The notes: a model not told the origin generated them from the letters alone. A stretch of DNA of 64,000 nucleotides from Bdellovibrionales bacterium (GCA_965219095.1 CBDCMT010000001.1:1280001-1344000); one strand, 5' to 3'. Shown: positions 1 through 12,345, counted from the stretch's first letter. A program made the numbers and translations.

Positions 1-93
1 TTCGTTCAAACCCTTTTCAAAAGATTCCACTTCCACATTAGTTACAAAATAATTTTTTTTCTGTTTTTTAAGATGGGAAAAATGTTTATCCAT
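1..93 (-). CDS. sufB: Probable Fe-S assembly protein SufB, N-terminal fragment running off the window
   Basis: My translation from ATG at 93: MDKHFSHLKKQKKNYFVTNVEVESFEKGLNE, resembling the SufB N-terminal F-V-T-x-I/V-E...KGLNE motif; overlaps the stop of the Rrf2 gene. Confidence 0.55.
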   Translation of the reverse strand, partial: MDKHFSHLKKQKKNYFVTNVEVESFEKGLNE

Positions 94-517
94 ATCTTTT
101 ATCCTTTGTTTGCTTTGAGTTTAAAAGATCATCTATATTAATGGATTCGTAAAAATTCTTGAGTTTATGATGAAACAAACGAGACGAATCCTGAATATTA
201 CAGTGACTCTCTAGTTCACAAAAACCATTTTCTGCAAGACATTTCACTGTAGCAAGCTTTCCATTTAAAGTTTCTGAAAGCTCAAGAAAAGAGATTTTAC
301 TCAACTCCTTTATCAAAAGGTAACCACCCTTTAACCCTTGTCCTGAATCCAGCCAGCCCGCTTGGCCCATCTTCTGCATCACACGACTTAAAGGATCAAA
401 AGGAAGACCTAGTTTATTAGCTATTTCTCTTACAGAAATCCTTTTTCCCTGTTTTTGAGAGCTTAGGTAATTAAGAGCCATAAGAGCGTATTCTACCTGT
501 CGACTTAAAGTTCTCAT
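86..517 (-). CDS. Rrf2-family (IscR-like) transcriptional regulator
   Basis: YAL..L..L start, wHTH, G..GGY.L and three Cys (VKC...FCELESHC); likely start ATG at 517 rather than 556. Confidence 0.9.
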   Translation of the reverse strand: MRTLSRQVEYALMALNYLSSQKQGKRISVREIANKLGLPFDPLSRVMQKMGQAGWLDSGQGLKGGYLLIKELSKISFLELSETLNGKLATVKCLAENGFCELESHCNIQDSSRLFHHKLKNFYESINIDDLLNSKQTKDKRYG

Positions 518-570
518 CAAGACCACCTTTTCTATGTCTATTATAACAGAAGTCAAGCCTAACTTCTATA

Positions 571-595
571 AAATAAGTAATTTTTCTACTTATTT
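571..595. promoter_or_regulatory. 25-bp palindrome, candidate Rrf2 operator
   Basis: AAATAAGTA-N7-TACTTATTT upstream of the Rrf2 gene; extended -10 TGTTATAAT on the minus strand near 540-548. Confidence 0.45.
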
Positions 596-740
596 CACAA
601 AGCTATTATTTAAATTTCACAATATTATCAAATAGTTATAAATATAAGCCTCTAGAATAAAATATGATTTGTTGCATAATAAGTCAAATTATATGGTTTA
701 TTAGTTGCGAAAGCCCATTTTAGCTTGCATTGCTCAAGTA

Positions 741-2152
741 ATACCATTTCCAAAAATTAATTCGACATTTTTTTAACACATTGCGTCCTGGCTTTTTGAT
801 AAAACTCTGTTAAATTTTTAGAGTCATGTCGAAAAAAGATTTAGTTACACAGATTCAAGGGTATAATTTTCTAGCTACTTACAAAGTAGAAAGAAGTGCC
901 AACATCAAGACAAAATTATTGGCTTTGCAGCATATGCAAGAAGGAAAATCGATTCAAGAAACAGCAGGTATGGTTTTGTATCACCGTCACAGTATCAAAT
1001 CCTGGTTACAGTCTTTTTTTGTAGACTTTGATTACGAGGGATTGATAGATCGAGAAGGCAGAGGACGCAAGCCTCGTTTGCCAGTAACAGAAGAAGAGAG
1101 GTTCAAAATCAAGTTAGATGAAATTCAAGACAAAAGAGAGGGAGGAAGCATAGGAGCAAAGGGAATACAGAAACTTTTAGCAGATGAATTTAACTGTTGC
1201 TATTCTCTTTCTGGGGTTTATGTTTCTTTAGACCGCCTTAATATTGTATGGATCAGTGGTCGTTCTCTTCATCCTAAAAGTTCATTAAGAAGCTATGGAA
1301 CAGTTTAAGGAACATTTTCCAGAAGAGGTGGAGAAAATAAAAGAAAAGATTCAGACTCATAAAATAGAGATTTGGTGGCAGGATGAATGCAGAATAGGCC
1401 AGCAAGGTTCTTTGAGTAGGATTTGGGCAAGAAAAGGCACACGACCTAGAGTTGTGAGACAAAGACAATTTTTATCCACTTATATTTTTGGAGCAGTTTG
1501 TCCGGATAAAGATAAAGGCTGTGCTTGGGTTTTACCGGAATGTAATTCAGGGATGATGCAAATTCACTTAGATGAGATATCTAAAAATATTCAAGAAAAC
1601 TATCATGGAATTGTTTTAATGGACAGAGCCAGTTGGCATACCACAGAGACTTTGATAGTTCCTAAGAATTTATCCCTGATGCCTTTACCTCCTTATAGTC
1701 CAGAATTAAATCCCATGGAACAAGTCTGGCAACAATTACGAAGGATCAAATTATCGAATGCATGTTTTAAAAACTATGACCATATAGTGAATACTTGTTG
1801 TGAGGCCTGGAATACTTTTTGCGATCAGGAGGGCAGGATTAAAAAATTATGCACTCGATCTTGGGCAAAACAACAAGATGAATCAAGCTTGTAAATTAAT
1901 TTGAACCTATAAATTAAATTGTGTAACTGATTTTTGTCATTTTAAATTTTACCCTCACTTTTTCACTTATTTTAACCCATCAATCGATTTACACAACAAA
2001 TAGATATACCTGAAATAAACTTATCTTATGAAAACTTAAACTCACCTTAAAAGAAGTTTTTTTAAAACCTCCTAACTGAAACTTTTCCTTAAGTCAATTT
2101 TAAAATTTTAAATTTGAACATGAAAATGTCGAATTAATTTCTGTAATTGGTA
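741..2152 (+). mobile_element. IS630-family element type A, frameshifted transposase (826..1308 and 1295..1894)
   Basis: About 30-bp imperfect terminal IRs (ATACCAwTwCArAAATTAATTCGACATTTT); HTH, WWQDE, MDRASWH and LPPYSPELNPME motifs; the copy at 36732..37370 reads through the junction, so this break is a lesion. Confidence 0.92.
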
Positions 2153-2213
2153 TAAGTCTTATTCAAAGGGTGCGATATTTTTAAACTTAAAAGTATTTTA
2201 TCTTGAGGAGTTT

Positions 2214-2624
2214 TTAATTTGAATTCTTACTGAAAAAGTGTTTGAAATACTCTGTAACTTCTTTAGGAAATTTCTTACTTTTAGGTGAGAAAGAAAACTC
2301 TTTATAAATGCGAAGATAGTATAATTCATCCTCCGCAATAGCTGTGATTTTACCCTTACCAATATAAAACTCTAACTGCTTGATAGGTTTAATAGAGAAT
2401 TCCCAAAGAAAACTAATAGTACCATTCCAAATTCCATTGATTTCAGGTATTTCATAAGGAGTAAAAGTTTCTGACAGCTTCTGTATGAAGTGATTTGTGT
2501 TCTCTAGAACACCATCATTCAGCAAAACAGTGTCCCCCTCAAAACTCTTTAAATTATCAGAAACTAGTAAGCTCTTGAGTTTTTTCTGTATTAAAAAAGT
2601 GTTTGGTTTGAATTCTATAATCAT
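2214..2624 (-). CDS. Hypothetical protein
   Basis: 136-aa ORF with a GGAGG ribosome-binding site; no recognisable motif. Confidence 0.6.
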   Translation of the reverse strand: MIIEFKPNTFLIQKKLKSLLVSDNLKSFEGDTVLLNDGVLENTNHFIQKLSETFTPYEIPEINGIWNGTISFLWEFSIKPIKQLEFYIGKGKITAIAEDELYYLRIYKEFSFSPKSKKFPKEVTEYFKHFFSKNSN

Positions 2625-2959
2625 TTTTCACCTCCCTGTGATTTTTTAATCCTCCTTAATGACGATATTTTCTTTTACCTAACTTCTACCCAACCTCCCA
2701 CATATCTTCAGGATAAAAGCATAGCACCTAATCATATCTATCAAAACTACTTTTAGTTTAATCTATAGTTCTTTAGAAGTCAAGAATTTCGAAGAAAAAA
2801 TTTTTACAAAAGCTTTAGGAGGTAGGGAATGATATCTTCATTTAATAAATAAATATAATTTAAGAACATCTTATGGGAAATTAAGGAGTGGTTGGGGTTT
2901 TTGAACAAGCGGAAACCCCGCCATATACTGGCTACACTTCAAAAATCCCTTTTCTATCT

Positions 2960-4523
2960 AGTCGAACGTGAAAAATGCACAAACAGCTAAAAACACTTGT
3001 TTTTTTGTAATTTTTGCATAAAAATAATTGCAAGGAAGTGGAAAAACAGATAAAAAACCTTGCAAAACAGAAAGGAAAAAAGATGAGGCCAAAAGACATG
3101 TTCAGCACACAAAAGAGAAGCCCTCTTAATTTTAGAGTAAACGACATTGTTCATAAGAAGCATCCGCTTGTCATTTTAGCTAATAAAATAGACTGGGATC
3201 GTTTTGATAAAGTTTTTGGTTCGAAGTATGATGAAAAAAAAGGTCGTCCAGGTCTTTCAACTCGTTTAATGGTGGGACTTCAGTGCTTGAAATACATTTA
3301 TAATTTAAGTGACGAGAAGACAATAGAAATGTTCAAAGAGAGTCCTCAATGGCAGTATTTTTGTGGTCAGCCTTTTTATTCTTATGAAGATCCCTGTGAT
3401 AGAAGTTCATTGACTAACTGGAGAAAGAGGATGGGGGCTGAGAAGATAGAAGTTCTCTTAGAGGAAACCATTGATTTAGCTTTGAGAGAGGATTTTGTAA
3501 AAAAAAAAGAGTTTGAGAATGTAGTTGTTGATACAACTGTTCAAGAGAAAGCAATAGCTTTTCCTACAGACAGCCGTCTTTATTACAAAGCTTTAAAGAC
3601 TTTAGTTCACAGGGCTAAAAAAGAGGGTTTAGTTTTACGTCAAAGCTATAAAAGAAAGGCCAAGGAGTGTTTGTTTAAGAATGCTCGTTATGCTCATACA
3701 AGAAAAATACGTTTAGCAAGAAAACAGCAAAGAAAGCTTCATACTTATCTAGGTCGTGTGATAAGAGATGTTACAAGAAAAGGAGGTCCTAAGTTCTTGG
3801 AAGAGAATACATCTTTAAAAAGATGTTTATCTTTATGTGTAAGAATTTATAACCAAAAAAGAGGGGATAAGAACAAGGTGTATAGTGTTCATGCTCCTGA
3901 GGTTTATTGCATAGGGAAGGGCAAAGCCCATAAAAAATATGAATTTGGCAATAAGGTGAGTGTGGCAACTTCATCAAAAAATTGCTGGGTTTTAGGGGTA
4001 AAGTCATTTGAAAAAAATGTATCAGATGTTCACAGTTTAAAGCCAGCCTTATCTCAAGTTGAATCCTTAACAAAGGTTAAGGCAAAAAATTTGTATGTAG
4101 ATAAAGGTTATCGTGGCAAAGAGCATCATCCTTCGGGAGTTAATGTTCATATTGGGGGAATGAGTAAAACATTAAGTCCCTACAAAAGAAAACTTCACAG
4201 AAGAAGAAGTTCAGTTGAGGCAATCATTGGTCATATGAAAATAGATTCTCGTATGGGAAGGAACTTTTTATTAGGATCACAAGGGGATGCTATTAATAGT
4301 CTTTTATCAGGAGTTTCTCAAAATTTTAGAAAGTTAATGCTAGAGGTGCGTCTTTTTTCGTTTTTTTCACTGAAATGGCTTAAAAGGCCTGTACGCCTTC
4401 TTGAAAACTACTGTTTTGTTTAAGTTATGAAAAAATATTTAACCCTCTATAGTAGAAAGTAACAGGAATAAAGATCATACAGCATAAAAATCCTAGGCTT
4501 TTGTCAATTTTTCACGTTCGACT
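2960..4523 (+). mobile_element. IS5-family element with intact transposase (ORF 3014..4423, true start probably a later ATG)
   Basis: IRs AGTCGAACGTGAAAAAT; flanking direct repeat ATCT (TATCTA if the IR is drawn shorter); GRP..STRLM, DTTVQEKAIAFPTD, KGKAHKKYEFG, VDKGYRG and RRSSVEAIIGHMK motifs. Confidence 0.93.
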
Positions 4524-4622
4524 ATCTAGATAGAAAAAATGATTTTCAAAACAGGGTTAGCATATTTATAAAAATTACACTGTTAAATGGCCTTGTTGTA
4601 CACAAGCGTTTTAGATCAAGTT

Positions 4623-6443
4623 CCTGAGTTTGCCCTTTCATTAAAAAAACACTTTCAAATCAAAAATAATGCAGTTTCATGTCTTTTTTCTTTAAGTTTG
4701 CAATATGTCATGTAATGTGCAATTATATAACTTAGAGAAAAAAGAGAGAGGGATTTTTTATGTTCATGGCTTGTCCTAAAAGAAAAGATGGAAATATTGT
4801 GGTTAGGCTGATTGTATCCTATAGAAAGGAGGGTAAACCTAAATCTAAAATAGTTAAAACTATCGGTCAATCTAAAGATCCTAAAGCTGTAGAGCGGTAT
4901 AAAAAGATAGCTAAAGAATTAATTGAAAAAGAAAAAAAGGGACTTGTTTCAATAGAGGGTGCTATTCGTAATAAGATTACAGTAAATCTTTCAGATGTAG
5001 ACAATGAAGAGCGTCGTAATAATGGCTTTAATGACATTCTAGGTTTTACTTACCAACAGTTGGGTTTTAATGATCTCATCCAAGCAGGAAGAGATCCTAA
5101 AAAGCTCAATGCTATTTTAAAGAATCTAGTTTTGATGAGAGTTTTTGATCCATCAAGTAAATTAAAAAGTTCCTATTTACTTGAGGAGCATTTTGGTAAA
5201 AATATAACTCTCAAACAAATTTTAAATTTGATGGATCACATATCAGATCAGGAAGAAAACATTAGGGATAGAATTTCCCAAGTTATTCTTAATGGGGAAA
5301 AGAGCTTAGACATTGTCCTTTTTGATGTAACGACCTTGGCCTTTGAAAGTGTTGTCCCAACGGACTTATTAGATTTTGGTTACAGCAAAGATGGTAAACC
5401 TGGAGAGGTTCAAGTTGTTTTAGCTGTTTTATCGAATCAGAAGGGTTTGCCTATAAGTTATGAATTATTTGCTGGCAACACTTCAGAGTTTGAGACCTTT
5501 GAATCAATGATTAAGGGGGTTTCTAGGAAGTATAACCTTAGAAAGATAAGGGTTATAGCAGACCGAGGTTTGTTTTCCAATAATAATCTTGAAGCTTTAG
5601 AGGGGTTAAATTCAGAGGGAATCAAAGCTGAGTACATTGTTTCTTGTCCCTTAAAAAAACTTCCTAAATCTCTTAAGGACAGTATTTTGAATAAGAGTAA
5701 TTACAAAGATGATGGTACAGAAGGCTCTAAAATCTTATACCATGAGGTTGAGTATAATAACCGACGAATTATTATAAGTTACAGTGAGAAACGTGGGCGA
5801 CATGATATAAAAAAAAGGGAACGTGCTGTAGAAAAGCTAAAGGAGTTAGAAAAAGATGGAAAGATTAAAAGTTCTAAGCTGATAAAAGGTGGAGGGAAAA
5901 ATAAATATATACAAAAAGTTCGTGGGGACACAAAGATTGATTGGAAAAAAGTGGAGCAAGACGCCTTGTGGGATGGTCTATATGGAGTTTGTACAAATTT
6001 AAAATCAGAGTCTGTTCATGCCATTTGTGAGGCCCGCTACAATCTTTGGCGAATTGAAGAGCTGTTTCGGATTAACAAACATAATTTAAAAATGCGCCCC
6101 ATATATCATAGAAAAACTCAAAGAATAAGATCACACATAGCTATTTGTTTTTTAGCTTATGTGGTTCTGAGAAGTACAGAAATAACTTTAAAAGAAGCAG
6201 GGGTGAATATTAGCTCCCAAGAGCTTATTGAGACTCTTAAGGATGTAGAGACTAATATTATTCGAAATAGAGTAAAAGTTCCCTCTAAAGCTTATGGCCT
6301 TCCTCGTAAGTTATCTGCAAAGGCTAAGAAAATTTATAAGCTCTTTGGAAAGGAGTTTCCTGAAAGAGCCTATGAAATAACATAATTGTGAATGTTTATT
6401 GGAGAGCTTTTGGTATGTAGAAAAATGTAGTATGTCTTTTTAA
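4623..6443 (+). mobile_element. IS1634-family element (transposase 4760..6385), right end lost
   Basis: Left end CCTGAGTTTGCCCTT like the element at 45125; FDVTTL.FES, GYSKDGK, ADRG and LWRIEELFR..K motifs; abuts an IS66 end at 6444. Confidence 0.9.
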
Positions 6444-7187
6444 GTAACTGTTCACTTAAATTCTAGTGATTTTAATGTTTAGAGAGGTATTCAGTAGCCA
6501 TGTCAACGAAGGATAGATTCTGTTTTTTGGCCGTTCGAGCGACACTCATCATAACCTCTTGGTTATGTGCTCCCTGTTCTGAGCGATTGCAATAAGAGAT
6601 TTTTCTCATAAGTACAGCAGGCCTAATTTCCCTCTCTCCATAATTGTTAGTGGGGTCTACTCCAGACTTAATGAAAGTATAAATTTCATCTCGATATTTG
6701 ACCAAACGTTTACAAAGTCTTTGTAAGTCATGGCTTCTGTATTTTTTTGATACCCATTTTTCTGTATCACACATAAGCAGTTTGTATTTTCGATCGATAT
6801 TCTCTTTACTCTCATATTCATTTTGCAACCTTTTTCCCCTCTTGAAAAAAAGTTTGGCTCTCTTAGAAAACTGAGCAATTTCTTTGCTTTTAGGATGTTT
6901 TTCTTTTAGCCCATGAAGCTCCCTTAAAAGATGGGGCCAACATTTTTGCTTTTGACAGTCAATCTTGTTATATAGTGCTTCCGTTTAGGTTTTTAGAATC
7001 TAAAGGAAGAATTATCATATGAAACTATTTTTTAAAACAAATGACGATTTATCAATACTTTTGAATAAAAACTAGACCCTAACTCAAAAAATCTGAAAAT
7101 CTAAACGAAAAATATCATATAACATTATAGGCATAGGAGCTTTTAGTGAAATTTCAACAATTTACTAGAATTTTTCTGAACAGTTAC
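6444..7187 (-). mobile_element. Internally deleted IS66-family element (3' transposase remnant incl. 6472..6828)
   Basis: IRs GTAACTGTTCA...TGAACAGTTAC; DPTNNYGEREIRPAVLMRK motif; no target duplication. Confidence 0.8.
6973..7117 (-). mobile_element. Miniature degenerate derivative of IS630 type B (both ends, no transposase)
   Basis: TAGTGCTTCCGTTTAGG end plus a diverged copy of the type B left-end region, inside the IS66 remnant. Confidence 0.7.
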
Positions 7188-7199
7188 TATAAAATAACC

Positions 7200-7264
7200 C
7201 CTCGATTTGAGGTGTTTGTTGATATCAGCTAGCTTTTGGCACTGAAAAAAGTCGAAACTCGGGT
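7200..7264 (-). mobile_element. Isolated left end of an IS982-like element
   Basis: AAAAAAGTCGAAACTCGGGT and adjacent bases match the reverse complement of 60221-60280. Confidence 0.6.
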
Positions 7265-7591
7265 TACTATATTTTTCATTTTAAAAGATTCTTATCCATG
7301 GATTTGAGTATTTTTTTCGATGCTTGATCAATGTGACTATTTTAGGAAATTCGCACCCTTCTTCTTGCATAATCATGTAAACTTTATACATACCATTCCC
7401 TAATGTCTTTCAAAAGAAACAGTACCTAAAAGTCTTCATTTGTTTATAAATCTTTCCTTTCGGATCAAAAATTTGTCTTGAAAAGATACAAGAGAAAAAA
7501 AGTTGTCTTATTAAGATACGAAAAAGTAAAAATAACTCACTTTTTTACTTTTTTTTAAAAAATTTACTTAAAAAAGCCGATAGAGATTCCA

Positions 7592-8296
7592 ATGGCAAAA
7601 CCAAGATTGAAACAGAAACTTTTTATTTCATCAAACATAGATCATATTGATCAAATGAAGTTCATGACTGAAGAAATACAAAGCATTTTAGAGAGAAGAG
7701 GCTATAGCCTTACCCCTTACACCTCTGACTCTCTTCAAAAATTCTCTGAAGATCCTGAAGAAAAACAAATCGCTTCTCTTGAGGAGGTAAGGAACTATTT
7801 GGAGATCATCAAGCTAAAGCCCATTCTAGAAAATACAGGAAAATTGAGAAATCAAGAAGAAGTTAAGATTCTTAGGATTTTCTTTGATAAGTATAACGTA
7901 CTTGCTCCTACGGAAGTCTTTAGAGAGATTAAAGAAGGTAATGTTATAGAAGTGTACACTGAAGATCATAGACAGATTCATAGAAATTTTGAGTTTCTCC
8001 ATGAATGTAAATATGACTATCTCACAACCATTCGAAATCCTTGGTATGAAATTTATGATAGGGATAATGAAATTCAAAATCAAATTTTATCTCAAGTAGA
8101 AGTTTTTATTCGTGGGCCAAGGGTCTATAGTAGTATTGATCCTAAAATTCCTGCACATACTGTTAAAGAATTAAAACTTGAGAACGTTAAAAGGAGGTAT
8201 TTAATTAAAATGAGGCGGTGGATTAAAGTTCCCTGCACAAAGAATAAGGAATGTTTTATAATTGTTATCTCAAAGACAAAAAGAATTAAAATCTAA
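7592..8296 (+). CDS. Hypothetical protein, reminiscent of Bdellovibrio-type conserved hypotheticals
   Basis: 234-aa ORF with a VIEVY...QIHRN..F...C.Y...PW.EIY pattern; family assignment from memory only. Confidence 0.7.
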   Translation: MAKPRLKQKLFISSNIDHIDQMKFMTEEIQSILERRGYSLTPYTSDSLQKFSEDPEEKQIASLEEVRNYLEIIKLKPILENTGKLRNQEEVKILRIFFDKYNVLAPTEVFREIKEGNVIEVYTEDHRQIHRNFEFLHECKYDYLTTIRNPWYEIYDRDNEIQNQILSQVEVFIRGPRVYSSIDPKIPAHTVKELKLENVKRRYLIKMRRWIKVPCTKNKECFIIVISKTKRIKI

Positions 8297-8367
8297 ACAC
8301 TCATTTTCTTAAAAGGTTAAAGCTAATTTTTACTTCTAATCTTATGAACCTTTGTGTTCATCACATA

Positions 8368-11206
8368 TAGTGCTTCCGTTTAAGTTTTCCGTTTTTTTTT
8401 GAGTTGAGGTCTAGTTTTTATTCTAAGGCCTTGATAAAAAGTCATTTATTTTTAAAAATAGTTTCATATGTCAGGGTTTCTATCAAAAAAAGAGCGAAAA
8501 GATTTACTCTATGAACTATCTCTAGAGAAAAATCTTAAATACGCAAAAAGGATTATGACAATTCTCCATTTAGATAAAGGTAAGTTGTGTAAAGATATTG
8601 CCTGCTTTCTTTTCATTGATGAGGGCACGATAAGAGCCTGTAGAGATCGTTATAACAAAGGTGGGATAGAGTGCTTAATCAACGACAATTACAACCCTAA
8701 AAGGTCCTTTTTAACTAAGAAAGAGGAGAAAATGCTTTTAAAGGAATTAGAGAAAAGAATTTTTCCATCATCACGGTCTGTCATCCAATTCATTGAGGAG
8801 AATTTTAGTGTTACGTACTTTAACAAGTGGTGTAATTGATCTTCTCCATCGCCTTGGTTTTTCTTATAAAAAAGCCACAGCGATACCGGGTAAGGCAAAG
8901 AGAGAAGAGCAGAAAAAGTTTGTGCGTAAATACAAGAGAATTAAGAAGAAAGACGGTCCTGTTTACTTTGCTGATTCCACACATCCTGAGTGGGGCCCTA
9001 CGATTTCATATGGTTGGATAAGAGAGGGTAAGAAGTTTGAAGTGAAGACCAATTCACCTAAATTCGTGACCAAAAATGTACACTACAAAGCTATAATTTC
9101 CCATTTTCCATAAAAATCTCAGTTTTCATAGGGGAATTTTCGATTTTTAGATAAAATCACAAAAAATAACTTGCCTTGCATTTTCCTTTGTAGTGTAATA
9201 TATTACACTACAAGAGGGAGAAATATGAGCTTTATCAGAAGAATAAAAAGAGGAAAGGTAACATATCTTGCAGAAGTAGAGAACAAAAGGGTCGATGGAA
9301 AAGTTATCCAAAAGCATATTCGGTACATCGGGAAGGAAGAGAATGGTGAAACTGTAATTTCAATGAGTTCATCTGATCTTGAAATAGAAAAGGTCAAGGT
9401 TTATGGTCCTTTGCTTGTTTTAGATAAAATAGCTAGGGAAATAGATTTGCAAAAATCTCTTGGCCAATACTCCAATGAAATATTAAGCATGGTCTATGCT
9501 CACTGTTTAGATTACAAAAGCCTTAGAAAAATGCCAAAATGGTATGAGAGAACAGATTTAAACACTTTGCTAAATTTAGAGGATCTAACCGAAAGTCGTT
9601 TGCTTTCTGCTCTAGATTCTTTAGAGAGTGATCCAGAAAATTTACAGAAGAAAATATTTCAAGGTGTTCAGAAAAGGTACAATCTTGAGCTAAAAGGGTT
9701 GGTGTACGATGTTACCAATACATACCTTTATGGTAGCAAATGTCAGCTTGGAAAATTAGGAAAGAGTAAGGATGGGAAACGTGGAAATCCTTTGATTCAA
9801 ATTGGTTTGGTGACAACTCAAAAAGAAGGAATACCAGTGTTTCATAAAACTTTTAGTGGAAACATACACGATAGCAGGACTCTACTAAGTTTATCCGATG
9901 GATTTGCAAACTATGGACTAAGTGGAGGAATGTTTGTTTACGACAGAGGCATTTTTTCAGAGAGAAACCTCAATGAAATCAATGATTTGGGCTGGAATAC
10001 GCTTTGTGGGATTGCTCTCAGAAAAAAAGAGAAGGATTTGATTAGAAAAATGATAAGGCTAGACTCTATTGTTGATGTATCCCATCGCATCAGGTTATCA
10101 AGTGGTACCTTGTATGCTCAGAGCATTAATCACAATGTTGGAAAAATCAAAGGACGTTTAGTTGTTTGTTACAATCAAAGGAGAGCTTTAGATATAAGAG
10201 AATCTCGTTTGGACGAAATTGCAAACGCACAAATTCTTTTGTCTAAAAATATAAAACCAGGTTTGGAAAAATACCTTACTCCAACAGGAAGATTAAGGAG
10301 AGATCGGTTGAATTTAGAATCTGAGTTTGATGGTTACTCTTGTATATTTTCTACAAAAAAGATCTCTGCAAAAGATATTGTTAATTTGTATTATAAGAAA
10401 GAGATAATTGAAAAATCTTTTAGGACCTTAAAGGGAATAACAAATTTGAGACCAATTCGTCATTGGCTTTACAACAGAGTTCAATCACATGTCTTTATAT
10501 GCTATTTATCTTGTCTGATACTTTCAATTCTAAAAATGAAGCTTGAAAAGATGCAGATGTCTCCAGAGGAAGCTCTTGAAGAACTCGGTAGCATGTATAA
10601 TGTCTATCTTTATGACCGAAAAAATAAAACTAGACTTATCAAAACAGTAGCTTTGAATAAAGTTCAAGAAAAAATACTAAGATCTATTGGAAAAAGTCTT
10701 GTCAAAAAAACGTCCGTCTGTAGTGTACATTTTTGAGCACGAACTCAGGCAATTCAGGCTGGAGAAAAAGAGTGAATGTTTGTGGAGCTATTGAGATCAA
10801 TAGTTTGAAGACGGTAGTCAGGAGTTATAAGACAGTTAACGAAGTTTTTCTATGTGATATGCTCTATCATATTCATTAAGAAGTATTCCAATGAAAAAGA
10901 GATTCATCTTATCTTAGATGGAGCCGGATACAATAGATCGAAGTCTGTCAAGAAGTTAGCAAAAGAGTTGAATATAAAACTTATTTATCTTCCTCCGTAC
11001 TCACCGAATTCAAATCCTATAGAAAGGCTTTGGAAGTTTATGAAAAAAGAGGTCACAGCGAATCGCTATTATGAAAACTATGACGATTTCAAGGGAAGTT
11101 TAAGTCAATTTTTTAGAGGAATACGAAAACACAGGCCTAAATTAGAAACTTTGATAACTGATAACTTCTCCATCTTAGGAACCTGAAACCCTAAACGGAA
11201 GCACTA
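8368..11206 (+). mobile_element. IS630 type B copy 1, frameshifted and interrupted by an IS1634-type element
   Basis: IRs TAGTGCTTCCGTTTA, TA duplication; fragments 8468..8839, 8793..9056, 10757..11186 with FADSTHP, LDGAGY and LPPYSPN motifs. Confidence 0.92.
9057..10749 (+). mobile_element. IS1634-type element, intact transposase (9225..10736)
   Basis: IRs CCTAAATTCGTG/CACGAACTCAGG; 7-bp duplication CAATTCA (9050-9056, 10750-10756); YDVTNTY, GKSKDGK, YDRG and IEKSFRTLK motifs. Confidence 0.92.
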
Positions 11207-11208
11207 TA

Positions 11209-12345
11209 TAGTGCTTCCGCTTAGGTTTTCCGTTTTTTTTTGAGTTGAGGTCTAGTTTTTATTCTAAGGCCTTGATAAAAAGTCATTTATTTTTAAAAAT
11301 AGTTTCATATGTCAGGGTTTCTATCAAAAAAAGAGCGAAAAGATTTACTCTATGAACTATCTCTAGAGAAAAATATTAAATACGTAAAAAGGATTATGAC
11401 AATTCTCCATTTAGATAAAGGTGAGTTGTGTAAAGATATTTCCCGTTTTCTTTTCATTGATGAGGGCACGATAAGAGCCTGTAGAGATCGTTATAACAAA
11501 GGAGGGATAGAGTGCTTAATCAACGACAATTACAACCTAAAAGGTCCTTTTTAACTAAGAAAGAGGAGAAAATGCTTTTAAAGGAGTTAAAAAAAAGAAT
11601 TTTTCCGTCATCACAGTCTGTTATTCAGTTCATTGAGGAGAATTTTGGTGTTACGTACTCAACAAGTGGTGCGATTGATCTTCTCCATCGCCTTGGTTTT
11701 TCTTATAAAAAAGCCACAGCGATACCGGGTAAGGCAAAGAGAGAAGAGCAGAAAAAGTTTGTGCGTAAATACAAGAGAATTAAAAAGAAAGACGGTCCTG
11801 TTTACTTTGCTGATTCCACACATCCTGAGTGGGGCCCTACGATTTCATATGGTTGGATAAGAGAGGGTAAGAAGTTTGAAGTGAAGACCAATTCAGGCTG
11901 GAGAAAAAGAGTGAATGTTTGTGGAGCTATTGAGATCAATAGTTTGAAGACGGTAGTCAGGAGTTATAAGACAGTTAACGAAGTTTTTCTATGTGATATG
12001 CTCTATCATATTCATTAAGAAGCATCCCGATGAAAAAGAGATTCATCTTATCTTAGATGGGGCCGGATACAATAGATCGAAGTCTGTCAAGAAGTTAGCA
12101 AAAGAGTTGAATATAAAACTTATTTATCTTCCTCCGTACTCACCGAATTCAAATCCTATAGAAAGGCTTTGGAAGTTTATGAAAAAAGAGGTCACAGCGA
12201 ATCGCTATTATGAAAACTATGACGATTTCAAGGGAAGTTTAAGTCAATTTTTTAGAGGAATACGAAAACACAGGCCTAAATTAGAAACTTTGATAACTGA
12301 TAACTTCTCCATCTTAGGAACCTGAAAACCTAAACGGAAGCACTA
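11209..12345 (+). mobile_element. IS630 type B copy 2, tandem to copy 1, frameshifted
   Basis: Same IRs, separated from copy 1 by a single TA; ORF pieces 11309..11554, 11512..12018, 11993..12325. Confidence 0.92.

Noticed and set aside
826..1894. Programmed frameshift between the two IS630 type A ORFs
   Set aside because: The second copy reads through the same point in one frame, so the break is a lesion
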